From assembly GCA_964635675.1 (NCBI GenBank), contig CAZWPT010000045.1, positions 79,691-143,690 of the forward strand: 64,000 nucleotides of DNA, written 5' to 3'. The position numbers and the translations under genes are program-made. The notes under the pieces are model-generated. The model was not told the origin of the DNA and searched no databases. It saw only the letters and a program-made list of their open reading frames with translations. This document shows positions 18,335-27,823 of this stretch, piece by piece (within the stretch, counting starts at the first letter, position 1; every line of letters starts with the position of its first letter). This stretch comes from an uncultured Nitrososphaerota archaeon (lineage in GTDB: Archaea > Thermoproteota > EX4484-205 > JAAOZP01).

Positions 18335-19318
18335 GTGAAACCGGTGAAAAACATGAAGCATGTGCGAGTAGCTTCAGTATCTTTTAAAGGAGCCAGGAGA
18401 GCGACGGTTGATGAAACAATAGAGAACAATGTGAAGGAAATACTGTTCATCCTTAGGAAAGCACTTTTAGACGAGCCTGACATAATTTGTCTCCCTGAAT
18501 GCTCGCCATTTCTAGGGTTAAGCATGCAAGAAATGGTGGAGAAAGCAGAGGAAATCCCGGGAACTATTTTTAATAAGATAGCTTCCTTCGCTAAGGAGAA
18601 TAGAGTCTATACGATTTTCCCAACCATGAGGAGGGATGGCGATAAGATTTACAATTCTGCAGTCTTGATAAGTAGGGATGGGGAGTATGTTGGAATCTAT
18701 GATAAGGTTCACCCTACAATATGGGAGATTGAGGCCGGTGTTAAGCCCGGGTTTGAGCCTAGGCCGTTTGAATTAGAGTTCGGGAAAATCGGAGTAGCGA
18801 TATGTTTCGACCTAAATTTTGAAGACGTCATTAAGGGTTTGACGAGAAACAGGGTTAAAGCCGTGTTCTTCCCATCCATGTATCCTGGAGGATTACAGTT
18901 GAAGATATGGGCTTTCAACAATAGTGTCTACATGGTGTCCTCGATAGCGGACGATGAGGGAAGCATGATCGTAAACCCTCTGGGCAGGATTCTGGCTGTT
19001 TCAAACAGCTATCAGCCGGTTATATGCCGCACCATAAACCTTGATTACGATGTTCTACACTTAGACTATAATTTTGAAAAAATCGACATGATTAAGGAAA
19101 AATACGGCTCTAAAGTCAGTTTCGAAGTGTCTAGACCGGAGGCAGTATTCCTAATGTCTTCGGAAGTTGGAGGGATTACTGTGAGCAACATTATTGAGGA
19201 GTTTGGGTTGGAAACAAGGGAGGAATATTTCAAGCGGGCTTCTGCGGCTAGAGAAGCAGCACTGAGAAAACAGCCTAGGCTTTTTAACGGATTACCGTTT
19301 GATGAGGGAAAGGCTTAA
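18335..19318 (+). CDS. carbon-nitrogen hydrolase (nitrilase superfamily amidase)
   Basis: The Glu-Lys-Cys triad is in context: ICLPE ... (K) ... GVAICFD. Confidence 0.8.
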   Translation: MKPVKNMKHVRVASVSFKGARRATVDETIENNVKEILFILRKALLDEPDIICLPECSPFLGLSMQEMVEKAEEIPGTIFNKIASFAKENRVYTIFPTMRRDGDKIYNSAVLISRDGEYVGIYDKVHPTIWEIEAGVKPGFEPRPFELEFGKIGVAICFDLNFEDVIKGLTRNRVKAVFFPSMYPGGLQLKIWAFNNSVYMVSSIADDEGSMIVNPLGRILAVSNSYQPVICRTINLDYDVLHLDYNFEKIDMIKEKYGSKVSFEVSRPEAVFLMSSEVGGITVSNIIEEFGLETREEYFKRASAAREAALRKQPRLFNGLPFDEGKA

Positions 19319-19345
19319 AGACAACGAGGAGCTTACGGGTGAATC

Positions 19346-20701
19346 ATGAGTAAGGATTCCGATATCCGCCCGGTTGAAATCAATTTTGAATACAGGAGCT
19401 TCAGGCTGAGAGCTCCTTTGAAATTCGGGAGCGTCGTGGTGGAGGAGTCTACTTCGCTTCTCGTCACTACTGTCGTGAAAAATAGGAATGGAGATGAGTC
19501 TGAAGGCTTGGGCTCCATGCCGCTTGCATGCGAATGGGCGTTTCCAAGCCACGTGGAGACCCATGAGAATAAGCTTGAAGCCATGAAGCTTGTTGCAGAA
19601 CGCTATGGGAAACTTCTGGTGGAAGAGGCGGGAGATAAATACATGCATCCCGTAGACTGGTTTATAAAGTATGAGGATGAAATACCCAGGATTACGAGAA
19701 GAGTTTCCTCAGAGCTGAGACTTAAAGAGGAGCTCCCCATATTAGCCTCTTTAGTAGCAGTCTCCCCAATAGATGCTTCAATGCATGACGGCTTCGGAAA
19801 GGTTAATGAAATATGTAGCTATGACGGGTATGGGCCTAAATACGTTGACCACGACCTGAGTTTCTACCTTGGGGAAAAATTCAAAGGCAAGTATATAGCT
19901 GACTACATTAAGCCAGAATATTCCTCAGAAATCCCGGTATTCCACTTGGTCGGTGGTCTGGATAAACTGAGGAGTGAAAAAGATTCGGATGAGTCTGACG
20001 GTTTGCCGGCGAGTTTAGAGGAATGGATCGAGAAGGAGGGAGTTTTTTGTTTCAAAATCAAGCTTAAAGGCAACGATGTAGAATGGGATGTGAAAAGAAC
20101 TAAAGACGTGGCTGAAACCGTTGCGGAAACGCTGGGAAAGAAAGGCATGAAGAATTTTTACTTGTCTGTCGATTCTAACGAGATGCACCCGTCTCCAGAA
20201 GCTGTTTTAGAATACCTGCGAAAAGTTAGGAAAGTGGCTCCTGAAGCCTTTGAGAAGATCCTTTACGTTGAGCAACCAGTTAGCAGAGACCTAGCGTCGC
20301 ACATGTTTAACATGAGGAAGGTGGCTGAGGTTAAGCCTGTTTTAGCGGACGAGAGCATTACTGACTTGGAGAGTTTCGACTTGGCTATGAGGCTAGGCTG
20401 GTCCGGGGTAGCTTTGAAAACATGCAAGTGTCACAGCTCGATTCTCCTCCTTGTGTCTAAGGCAGAGGAGCTTGGAGTGCCTTACAGCATACAGGACCTG
20501 ACGTGCCCCGGGTTATCACTCGTCCATTCCGCAGGATTCGCTGCGAGGACAAACCCGATACTTGGGGTCGAGTATAATGCTAGGCAATACCTGCCTTCCG
20601 CCTTTAAAAAGGTTCAGGAGAGGTTCCCTGAAATATTTAACGTTAGACAGGGGAAAATAAGGACCGGGTGTCTTAACCAGACAATAGGCCTTGGTTTTTA
20701 G
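19346..20701 (+). CDS. enolase-superfamily enzyme (mandelate racemase / muconate-lactonizing-enzyme-like)
   Basis: The KxK motif is FKIKLKG. Metal-ligand positions are LSVDSNE (D), YVEQPV (E) and LADES (D). The capping domain is long. Confidence 0.6.
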   Translation: MSKDSDIRPVEINFEYRSFRLRAPLKFGSVVVEESTSLLVTTVVKNRNGDESEGLGSMPLACEWAFPSHVETHENKLEAMKLVAERYGKLLVEEAGDKYMHPVDWFIKYEDEIPRITRRVSSELRLKEELPILASLVAVSPIDASMHDGFGKVNEICSYDGYGPKYVDHDLSFYLGEKFKGKYIADYIKPEYSSEIPVFHLVGGLDKLRSEKDSDESDGLPASLEEWIEKEGVFCFKIKLKGNDVEWDVKRTKDVAETVAETLGKKGMKNFYLSVDSNEMHPSPEAVLEYLRKVRKVAPEAFEKILYVEQPVSRDLASHMFNMRKVAEVKPVLADESITDLESFDLAMRLGWSGVALKTCKCHSSILLLVSKAEELGVPYSIQDLTCPGLSLVHSAGFAARTNPILGVEYNARQYLPSAFKKVQERFPEIFNVRQGKIRTGCLNQTIGLGF

Positions 20702-20725
20702 CCTTTAAACGGAGGAGGAGCAATT

Positions 20726-21529
20726 TTGCAACTAGTGTTGTTTTCAAAAATGTTTCAAGCCCTCTCCTTAAAGGAGTTCGCAGAAATAGCTGCAGAAACA
20801 GGTTTTGAAGGCGTGGACCTTACAGTCAGGTCTAACGGTTACATAAAGCCCCATGAGGCCGAGGAAAAACTTCCCTGGGCTGTTGGAGTATTCGAGTCAG
20901 AAGGCCTGAAGGTGCCGATGATAACGACTGAAATAACTAGTGTCAACCAGCCTTATGCTGAGGATGTTTTCAAGGCTGCTTCCGAAAACGGGGTGAAATA
21001 CTTGAAGCTGGGTTATTGGCAGTACAGGGGTTTCGGCTTTCTGCGGAGGCAAGTGGCGGAAATACGTGGGGAGCTTAGAAAGATTCAGGAGTTAAGCAGG
21101 AGGTACCAGGTGACTTCAGCAGTGCATATTCATTCAGGCATGTTCATGTGTGCAGAGCCAACAGTCGTATGGCTGATTCTGAAAGGGTTTAACCCAGATC
21201 TCGTTGGCGCCTATGTTGACCCTGGCCATATGGCTGTGGAGGGAGGGTTAGCAGGATGGCTAATGGGCATGGATATTTTAAGTAGAAAGATAAGAATGGT
21301 TTCCGTAAAGGATTACGGCTGGTTTAGAGAAGAAGGAGAATGGCGGGTGAGAACAGTCCCGCTGGGGGAAGGACTGGTTCCGTGGAGAAAGGTTTTCGAA
21401 ATACTTGGGAAAACGGGTTTCAATGGCCCGGTATCTGTACACAGTGAATACGACTTGCCGCTGGCCGAGATCCTGAAGCAAACCCAGAAGGATGTTAAGT
21501 ATTTGAAAAACATTTTAAGTCCGCTCTAG
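20726..21529 (+). CDS. sugar phosphate isomerase/epimerase (xylose-isomerase-like TIM barrel)
   Basis: The N-terminus is typical of the family: LVLFSKMFQ ... LKEFAEIAAETGFEGVDL. His/Glu/Asp metal ligands are present. Confidence 0.7.
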   Translation: MQLVLFSKMFQALSLKEFAEIAAETGFEGVDLTVRSNGYIKPHEAEEKLPWAVGVFESEGLKVPMITTEITSVNQPYAEDVFKAASENGVKYLKLGYWQYRGFGFLRRQVAEIRGELRKIQELSRRYQVTSAVHIHSGMFMCAEPTVVWLILKGFNPDLVGAYVDPGHMAVEGGLAGWLMGMDILSRKIRMVSVKDYGWFREEGEWRVRTVPLGEGLVPWRKVFEILGKTGFNGPVSVHSEYDLPLAEILKQTQKDVKYLKNILSPL

Positions 21530-21609
21530 AAGGCTTTAAAACCTGCTTCAAGCATGTCAAGTTTCTAAGCGGCAGTAAACCTTTAAACTCTACTGCTCAC
21601 TGTTTTCAC

Positions 21610-22221
21610 GTGAATGCTACAATCAGAAGGCTGAGGAGGATTAAGACATACTCTGAAGAGCTAGGCTTGGATTTGAATAAGCCTGAGGACCGTTTCAAAT
21701 GGTTTCTAGCCTCAATGCTATTCGCTAAAAGAATATCGTCGAAAATTGCTAAGAAGACTTTCAAAAGGCTTCAGGAAGAGGGTCTCGTAACTCCGGAGGC
21801 AATACTCAAAGCAGGATGGGACAAGCTGGTGGAGGTTCTCGACTCAGGAGGATACGTCAGGTATGATTTTTCAACCGCCACGAACCTGCTGGATGCTTCG
21901 AAAAAACTTTTGGAAGAATTCGGAAGCATAGACGAGGTTCATCACAGAGCCAAATCATCTAGACACCTGGGGGAACTGCTAGCCGGTTTCCGGGGAGTCG
22001 GCCCGGTGGGGGTCAATATTTTTCTCAGGGAACTGAGAGGAATCTGGAGTAAAGCGGATCCTGAGCCTTCTAAACTTGCTGTTGAAACCGCTCGGAGACT
22101 CGGAGTAAAGAGGATTAGAGAAGTAGAGTCTCAACTCGTTAGGCTTAACTTAGAATACTGTAAGAAAAAGGCCTGTGAAGCTTGCCCTGTAAGCAGAACA
22201 TGCCTTAAATCCTCTGAATAA
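21610..22221 (+). CDS. HhH-GPD superfamily DNA-glycosylase-like protein with a C-terminal Cys4 cluster
   Basis: The helix-hairpin-helix is LAGFRGVGPVGVNIFLRELRG. The C-terminal CKKKACEACPVSRTC has spacing C-x4-C-x2-C-x5-C, close to the Endo III FeS loop. Confidence 0.55.
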   Translation: MNATIRRLRRIKTYSEELGLDLNKPEDRFKWFLASMLFAKRISSKIAKKTFKRLQEEGLVTPEAILKAGWDKLVEVLDSGGYVRYDFSTATNLLDASKKLLEEFGSIDEVHHRAKSSRHLGELLAGFRGVGPVGVNIFLRELRGIWSKADPEPSKLAVETARRLGVKRIREVESQLVRLNLEYCKKKACEACPVSRTCLKSSE

Positions 22222-22303
22222 TGTTTTTCAAGTATTTAAAGCGTTTACATAGTTTTAAGAAACATTTTTACAGGATCTGGGCTTAGCAAGGGATAACCTT
22301 TAT

Positions 22304-23755
22304 ATGGAGGAATGTGGAATAACACCTAAGATGAGAGAGTTAAGCAGTTTGGATAAGCAGAAACAAGTCGCGTTCTGTCTAATCCTTCTGATAATTCTGT
22401 CGCTAACCGGAAACCAACCAATAGCGTCCTATGCTCAGGAATCCGAGTATGAGAGGGTGGCAATCCTGCTGAACAACGTTAAATCAGCCAAGTATCGTTT
22501 CTCAGATGAAGAGGGAACCGTTGGAGCCATAGGTTTCCGAGTCCTTGGAGAGGAGACGGTAAGCGGAGAGAATACTTGGAAGGTTGAATGGGAGTATGAG
22601 GAGGAGGGTGAGACTCCTGAGACAATGCTCCTGTGGATCTCTAAATCGACTGGAAAATGCCTACAGGTTATGATTGACGAGGAAACCTTTACGGGACAAT
22701 ACGCTGAGATGTATGGCAACATAATGCTGTATGTTTGGGTTGCTTGGGTAGGCGCGTGGAGCGAAGCATGGAACTTCACCACAGTATACAGTTACGAGGA
22801 GCTCGGGTATGGAAGGCTGATTTACCTGGGATCCGAAATAGAAACATACGGTCCAAGCCGGCTTCTAGTCTACAAGTACAGGTGGGAAGGGTATGTGAAC
22901 GCACCGGAATCTTACCGTGGTGTTGCAGAATGGTGGTTCGCCCCCGTCAGCTTCGGCACCCTTATAGTTAAAATCTATTTTGAAACTCTCGATACTAAGG
23001 AATGGGATAAGATAGAGCTTTTATCAGTTGATCTGGTTAACCCTCAGCCAAGACCGAACATAGTGATTGACGCCCGGTTTGACAAGACGCAGCTAAAGCC
23101 GAGTGAGGAACTCACTATAACTATCACTGCTTCTAACACGGGGAACGCCATGGGCACTCATAACCTTACCTTAAGTGTAGGCGGAAAAGTCGAGAAAAGT
23201 TGGCTGATTGTCCTGAAACCGGGTGAGAGCAAGAGTCTAAGCCATAAACTATCCTTCGCTGCAGACGGCTCGTATTCAGTGAGGATCGGCGATCAAACAG
23301 TTACTATAACTGTTTCAACAACCCTGCCGGCAAGGTTTGAGGCTAGCGGCCTTAACATAAGCCCGAGTTCAGTTAAGGTCGGCCAGTCGTCGACAATCTC
23401 CGTCACGGTTAAGAACACTGGCGGCGAATCGGGTACGTACGAGGTTACGCTGAAGGTTAACAATCAGGTTGTCGAAACAAAGAGGGGTACCCTGGACTCA
23501 GGCCAGTCAACCACTGTGAGCTTCGCATACACGCCGACTAGCGAGGGAACGTATAATATTGACGTGAACGGCTTAACTGGAAGCCTGACCGTTAGCAAGG
23601 AGGAGGGGGGTGGAGCAGCCCCAGAAACTCCCTGGCTCATGATAATAGGGGCTATTGTAGCAGTGGTCGTCCTAGTCTTGGTGTTGCTGCTTTTAAGGAG
23701 AAAGCCTAAAGCAGAGTTTCCACCACCCCCGCCTCCGCCGCCTCCACCCAGATAA
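22304..23755 (+). CDS. secreted cell-surface protein with CARDB-like domains, a C-terminal TM anchor and a cytoplasmic polyproline tail
   Basis: A signal peptide is present. The likely start is the internal M near 22331. Two CARDB-type repeats are present (ITASNTGNAMGTHNLTLSVGGKV and VTVKNTGGESGTYEVTLKVNNQVV). The C-terminus is a TM helix, then RRKPKAEF, then ten prolines. Confidence 0.7.
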   Translation: MEECGITPKMRELSSLDKQKQVAFCLILLIILSLTGNQPIASYAQESEYERVAILLNNVKSAKYRFSDEEGTVGAIGFRVLGEETVSGENTWKVEWEYEEEGETPETMLLWISKSTGKCLQVMIDEETFTGQYAEMYGNIMLYVWVAWVGAWSEAWNFTTVYSYEELGYGRLIYLGSEIETYGPSRLLVYKYRWEGYVNAPESYRGVAEWWFAPVSFGTLIVKIYFETLDTKEWDKIELLSVDLVNPQPRPNIVIDARFDKTQLKPSEELTITITASNTGNAMGTHNLTLSVGGKVEKSWLIVLKPGESKSLSHKLSFAADGSYSVRIGDQTVTITVSTTLPARFEASGLNISPSSVKVGQSSTISVTVKNTGGESGTYEVTLKVNNQVVETKRGTLDSGQSTTVSFAYTPTSEGTYNIDVNGLTGSLTVSKEEGGGAAPETPWLMIIGAIVAVVVLVLVLLLLRRKPKAEFPPPPPPPPPPR

Positions 23756-23839
23756 TAAGTACCCCTTTTCTTTTTAATTCCTTTAGGCATGTTGCTAAAA
23801 CTTTTATTCATCCTTTGCGAAGGCAGGTTGGTGGAGAAG

Positions 23840-24367
23840 ATGGATTTCTACGAGGTAGTGAGAACCAGGAGAAGCATAAGGTCTTACAAGCCTGACCCTA
23901 TACCGGACGACGTTTTAACCAGGGTTATGGAGGCTGCGAGAATAGCCCCTTCAGGTTCAAACCGTCAGCCTTGGAGGTTCATAGTGGTGAGGAACGAGGC
24001 TTTGAAGAGGAGGCTTGTACCAGCATGCGGCAACCAGGTTTTCATAGCTGAGGCCCCGGTGGTTATTGTTGCGTGCGGCCGCGACATAGGGTGGAACAGG
24101 GGAGGCTACATGGGTTCCATGAGCATGCTTGTAGACGTTTCAATAGCTTTCACACACCTCATCCTCGCAGCCAGGGCTGAGGGTCTTGGAACATGCTGGA
24201 TAGGCTCATTCGACAACGCGAAGGTTAAAGAAATCCTTGGAATACCTGAGGAGTATAACGTTGTCGCCATAACACCGCTTGGGTATCCTGCCGGCGAGGA
24301 GTTTAGAGAACCAGATGCTAGGAAGCCTTTGAGCGAAATAGTTTCTTTCGACGGCTTTAAACAGTAG
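23840..24367 (+). CDS. nitroreductase-family protein
   Basis: FYEVVRTRRSIRSY ... RIAPSGSNRQPWRFIVV is present. The ORF in the track starts at 23789. The internal ATG at 23840 fits the family length. Confidence 0.85.
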   Translation: MDFYEVVRTRRSIRSYKPDPIPDDVLTRVMEAARIAPSGSNRQPWRFIVVRNEALKRRLVPACGNQVFIAEAPVVIVACGRDIGWNRGGYMGSMSMLVDVSIAFTHLILAARAEGLGTCWIGSFDNAKVKEILGIPEEYNVVAITPLGYPAGEEFREPDARKPLSEIVSFDGFKQ

Positions 24368-24494
24368 CAGAAGGTTGGTCAAGACAGTGTCCGTCACACG
24401 TATGGTTTAAGCTAAGACTAGCGTTATCGGCTGGCTTTAAAACAATTAAACCAGGCTATGTTTAAAAAGGCCCTCTTCAGCTGAACATTGTCAG

Positions 24495-25715
24495 ATGCGC
24501 TTACGCCTGCCGAGCATGGTTGAAGTCCAGTTCCCATTCGTTCTAATCAGGACTAGAATCGGGCTGACACTAATGGATAGAATTGGGGAAACCCGGTTCT
24601 CCAAGAGAATGGGGCTTATCTCCCTAGTGGTAATGCCGTTCCTAGGAGCGGTAATGGTTTACCTGCTGCTTAATGCGATAAACAATATGCTGAGCAACCC
24701 CAGCGTTAGCAGAGTTTTAAGGGAGCTCGGACCCGCTGCCAACATTCTTCTACCAGGCGTAAACCCATACCTGCCTGTTTTCTACGGTTGGGTGGCGCTG
24801 CTCATAGCCATGGTAATTCACGAGTATGCGCATGGGACTCAGGCTAGGGCTAACGGCATGAGTGTAAAGTCTACCGGCTTAGTCCTGTTTCTAGTAATAC
24901 CTGTCGGCGCTTTCGCAGAGGTTGATGAGAAGCAGCTTGAGGAAGCTGGGCTTGAGAAAGCTGGTAGAATCCTATCCTCAGGCCCCGTTTCCAACGTCAT
25001 CGCTGCTTTAGCCGCGCTAGCCGTTTTCATACTTCTAATGCTCACTTTGAAGCCGGTGGTCAACGGGGTTCTCGTAGTTGGAATCTCCATAAACGGGTCG
25101 GCTTACCAAAAAGGAGTGAGGCCTGGCGACATAATAATAGGTGTGGACGGTGAGCCGACGCCCGACTGGAATAGTTTTGTCAGAGCTGTTGAGAACGTTT
25201 ACAAGCAGGGGGGAAACGTAACATTCAGGGTTTCACGGAACGGTTTTCCAAACTATACGTTCACGATAGGGAGCAACCTTAGCTCCAGCGGAATACTTAG
25301 CTTGGTTCCGCTTAAAGATGTTCTCAAGAACTATTCCCTAGCCTTTGCACGCTCGCCTCTTGAAGGCCTCGTAACATACCTTATGATACCTACAGTACCC
25401 TTTCCATGGGTTTACGAGACAATACCGTTTTCAAGCCTTCTTCAAAAATACTATGTCTCAACAATTCTAGGTGAGGATTATCATTATCCTGTGAACCTTT
25501 TTTTCTGGGTCTGGTTTGTAAACCTGAACCTCGGGGTTTTTAACGCTCTCCCTCTTTATCCAATGGACGGCGGGGTCTTCTTCAAGCTGTTCTGCAGGAA
25601 AAAGCTTGGCGGCAGAGTGAGCATTGGGACTGTTGATAAAATGGTTTACGCTGTAAGCCTAGCCCTATTAGGACTTATAATAGGAATGATAATTTTGCCC
25701 TACGTATTCGGATGA
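24495..25715 (+). CDS. site-2 protease (M50 family intramembrane zinc metalloprotease) with an inserted PDZ domain
   Basis: The HExxH is HEYAHG. The PDZ domain is RPGDIIIGVDGEPT. The LDG-type motif is NALPLYPMDGG. Confidence 0.85.
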   Translation: MRLRLPSMVEVQFPFVLIRTRIGLTLMDRIGETRFSKRMGLISLVVMPFLGAVMVYLLLNAINNMLSNPSVSRVLRELGPAANILLPGVNPYLPVFYGWVALLIAMVIHEYAHGTQARANGMSVKSTGLVLFLVIPVGAFAEVDEKQLEEAGLEKAGRILSSGPVSNVIAALAALAVFILLMLTLKPVVNGVLVVGISINGSAYQKGVRPGDIIIGVDGEPTPDWNSFVRAVENVYKQGGNVTFRVSRNGFPNYTFTIGSNLSSSGILSLVPLKDVLKNYSLAFARSPLEGLVTYLMIPTVPFPWVYETIPFSSLLQKYYVSTILGEDYHYPVNLFFWVWFVNLNLGVFNALPLYPMDGGVFFKLFCRKKLGGRVSIGTVDKMVYAVSLALLGLIIGMIILPYVFG

Positions 25716-25793
25716 ATCATCCTGAAACATTCAGGAGTTAGCGCGCTAAAGCTTTGAAAAGAGAAACAGATAGGCATCTCAGGCTGAGCGGCT

Positions 25794-26972
25794 TTACGAC
25801 GAGCCTGGGCTTACGCTTCTGATTTTCCTAGACTCGCGGTAGATATGGATGGATAGTGTCAAAGGTATGATCGCGATCATGTTTAAAGCCAGTATTGCGG
25901 TTGCGAAGCCGAATTCCTGCCCGATTAGGCTGACGGCTAGAGTGGATGGTGACGAGGAGATGAAGCTTAGGAAAAACCAGATGCTGTAAGCGTGGGTTCT
26001 CAACTCCTCCACGCTCTTCTTCCCTAAAAGAGAGTTTGCAGCAGGCTGGTGAGAGTAGAAAGCTAACCCGAGCAGAGCGGTGGCAAGCATAACTAGAATA
26101 CTGCTGGAGGCTGTTTGAAGCAGTATGAGCGAAGCCAATTCTAATACTGATGCTGACAGGAGGACCGTGGCCTCGTTCAGCCTGTCTCCCATTAGCCCGC
26201 CTAAGTATTGGCCGAACGCGCCTGCAAACAGCAGTATTGAGAGGGCGACGCTACCGGCTTCCCCGCTAAAACCCTTCTCCGAATTCAAGTAAGTCGGCAG
26301 GAATACTTCTATCCCCCTATAGTAGAGCCCGAAGAGAAGCGAGAAGCATATTAGGAGGAGGAGTGGCCTTTGCGAAACAACCTTAATGAACCCACGTATG
26401 ACACCCGGTGTTTCAAAAACATTTTTCTCAACACGTGGTGTTGCGAGATACGGGACTGACGAGAGGGAAACCATGAAACCGGTTAGGATGAGCGCCGACC
26501 TCCAGCCGAGGTTGACTGCCATCAGGAAAGACATTAATGGGAACACGAATTGAGCCAGGTTCCCGCCGGTGCCGTGCAGCCCCATCGCGAAATTAACGTT
26601 TTTCCTAAACCTGTTGAATATGAAGATATTCGAAACAGGGTGGTAAAGGCTGGCGGACACTCCTGAGAAGAGTATGAAGAGGCCTAGGCCCGTTAAACCA
26701 GGCAGGAGCAGGAATAGTGTCGACGAGCCCTGGAGCATGAGGGATGTGAACAGGATTTTCCTGTCTTCCATGCGCCTTAGAATGGGTGCTGAGAGTAGTG
26801 CGCCGAAGCTGTAGAGAAGAAGGTAGATGGATAAGAGTAGGCCTATGCTAAGGTAGTCGTATCCTTCAGAAACGATCATCGGGATTAAAGGCGTTATTGA
26901 TGTGAATAAACCATGGTTTAAAGAATGCGTCCACCCCATGTAGATGAGCACTCGTAGCCGTCTAAGCTCCAT
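25794..26972 (-). CDS. MFS transporter
   Basis: The topology is 12-TM-like, with two 6-helix halves and basic loops. Confidence 0.75.
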   Translation of the reverse strand: MELRRLRVLIYMGWTHSLNHGLFTSITPLIPMIVSEGYDYLSIGLLLSIYLLLYSFGALLSAPILRRMEDRKILFTSLMLQGSSTLFLLLPGLTGLGLFILFSGVSASLYHPVSNIFIFNRFRKNVNFAMGLHGTGGNLAQFVFPLMSFLMAVNLGWRSALILTGFMVSLSSVPYLATPRVEKNVFETPGVIRGFIKVVSQRPLLLLICFSLLFGLYYRGIEVFLPTYLNSEKGFSGEAGSVALSILLFAGAFGQYLGGLMGDRLNEATVLLSASVLELASLILLQTASSSILVMLATALLGLAFYSHQPAANSLLGKKSVEELRTHAYSIWFFLSFISSSPSTLAVSLIGQEFGFATAILALNMIAIIPLTLSIHIYRESRKIRSVSPGSS

Positions 26973-27040
26973 GTTTCCGAATGTCTTTCACCGGATTGTT
27001 AAAAACTTAAAAATTCTATTCTTCTCTCAGAACTTAAGTC

Positions 27041-27823
27041 TTGCTCCAGGCGCGTGACGAATGCTTAGGAAACGGGGTTCTGCTGAATATTGAGGATCTC
27101 TGGAAGAGCTATGGGGAAACAGTAGGCGTAGCAGGCTTATTTATGAAGGTTAACTCCGGGAGTATTCATGGCCTAATAGGTCCAAACGGGGCCGGTAAGA
27201 CAACCACCGTGAAATGCGTAGTCGGCCTTCTCAAGCCGGACAAGGGGAGGATAATGGTCATGGGCAGGGATGTTAAAAGCGACGAGGGCTTCAAAAGGCT
27301 CATCGGATACTTGCCTGAAACCCCGTCTCTCCCAGACTATCTTACCCCCAGGGAGTTTCTAGGGTATGTCGCGAGAATCAGAGGGGTTGAACCCGGGGAG
27401 GAGACTAGAAGAAGGGTTCATGAGTTTCTAAGCATGTTTGAGCTTAACGATTGTGAAAACAGGTTTATCCTCGAGCTTTCAAAAGGCCTGAAGCAGAGGC
27501 TCGCCTTAGCAACAGTATTCATTCACCAGCCTAAGCTGATAATAATGGACGAGCCTTTCATCGGCCTAGACCCCGAGGGCCAGCGCCTCGTGAAAAACCT
27601 TGTTAAAGACATTGTTGGCGAGGGTGGAGCCGCGCTCGTGTGCACGCACATGCTCGACATGGCTGAAAGATTCTGCACCAGCGCCACAATAATAAACAAG
27701 GGTAGAAGCATAGCTGAAGGCTCTATAGACGCGCTTAAGAGAATCGTGGGGCTAGAATCCTCAGGGACGCTGGAGGAAGCCTTCTTCAGAATAGTTGGGG
27801 GGACGAGGGGTGGAGGGCTCTAG
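27041..27823 (+). CDS. ABC transporter ATP-binding protein (ABC-2/CcmA-like)
   Basis: Walker A is GPNGAGKTTT, the signature is LSKGLKQRL, and Walker B is IIMDEP. The start codon is TTG. Confidence 0.9.
   Translation: MLQARDECLGNGVLLNIEDLWKSYGETVGVAGLFMKVNSGSIHGLIGPNGAGKTTTVKCVVGLLKPDKGRIMVMGRDVKSDEGFKRLIGYLPETPSLPDYLTPREFLGYVARIRGVEPGEETRRRVHEFLSMFELNDCENRFILELSKGLKQRLALATVFIHQPKLIIMDEPFIGLDPEGQRLVKNLVKDIVGEGGAALVCTHMLDMAERFCTSATIINKGRSIAEGSIDALKRIVGLESSGTLEEAFFRIVGGTRGGGL

Noticed and set aside
23718-23750. CCN-rich nucleotide run that looks like a simple repeat
   Set aside because: It encodes the ten-residue polyproline tail of the CARDB surface protein. It is not an independent repeat element.
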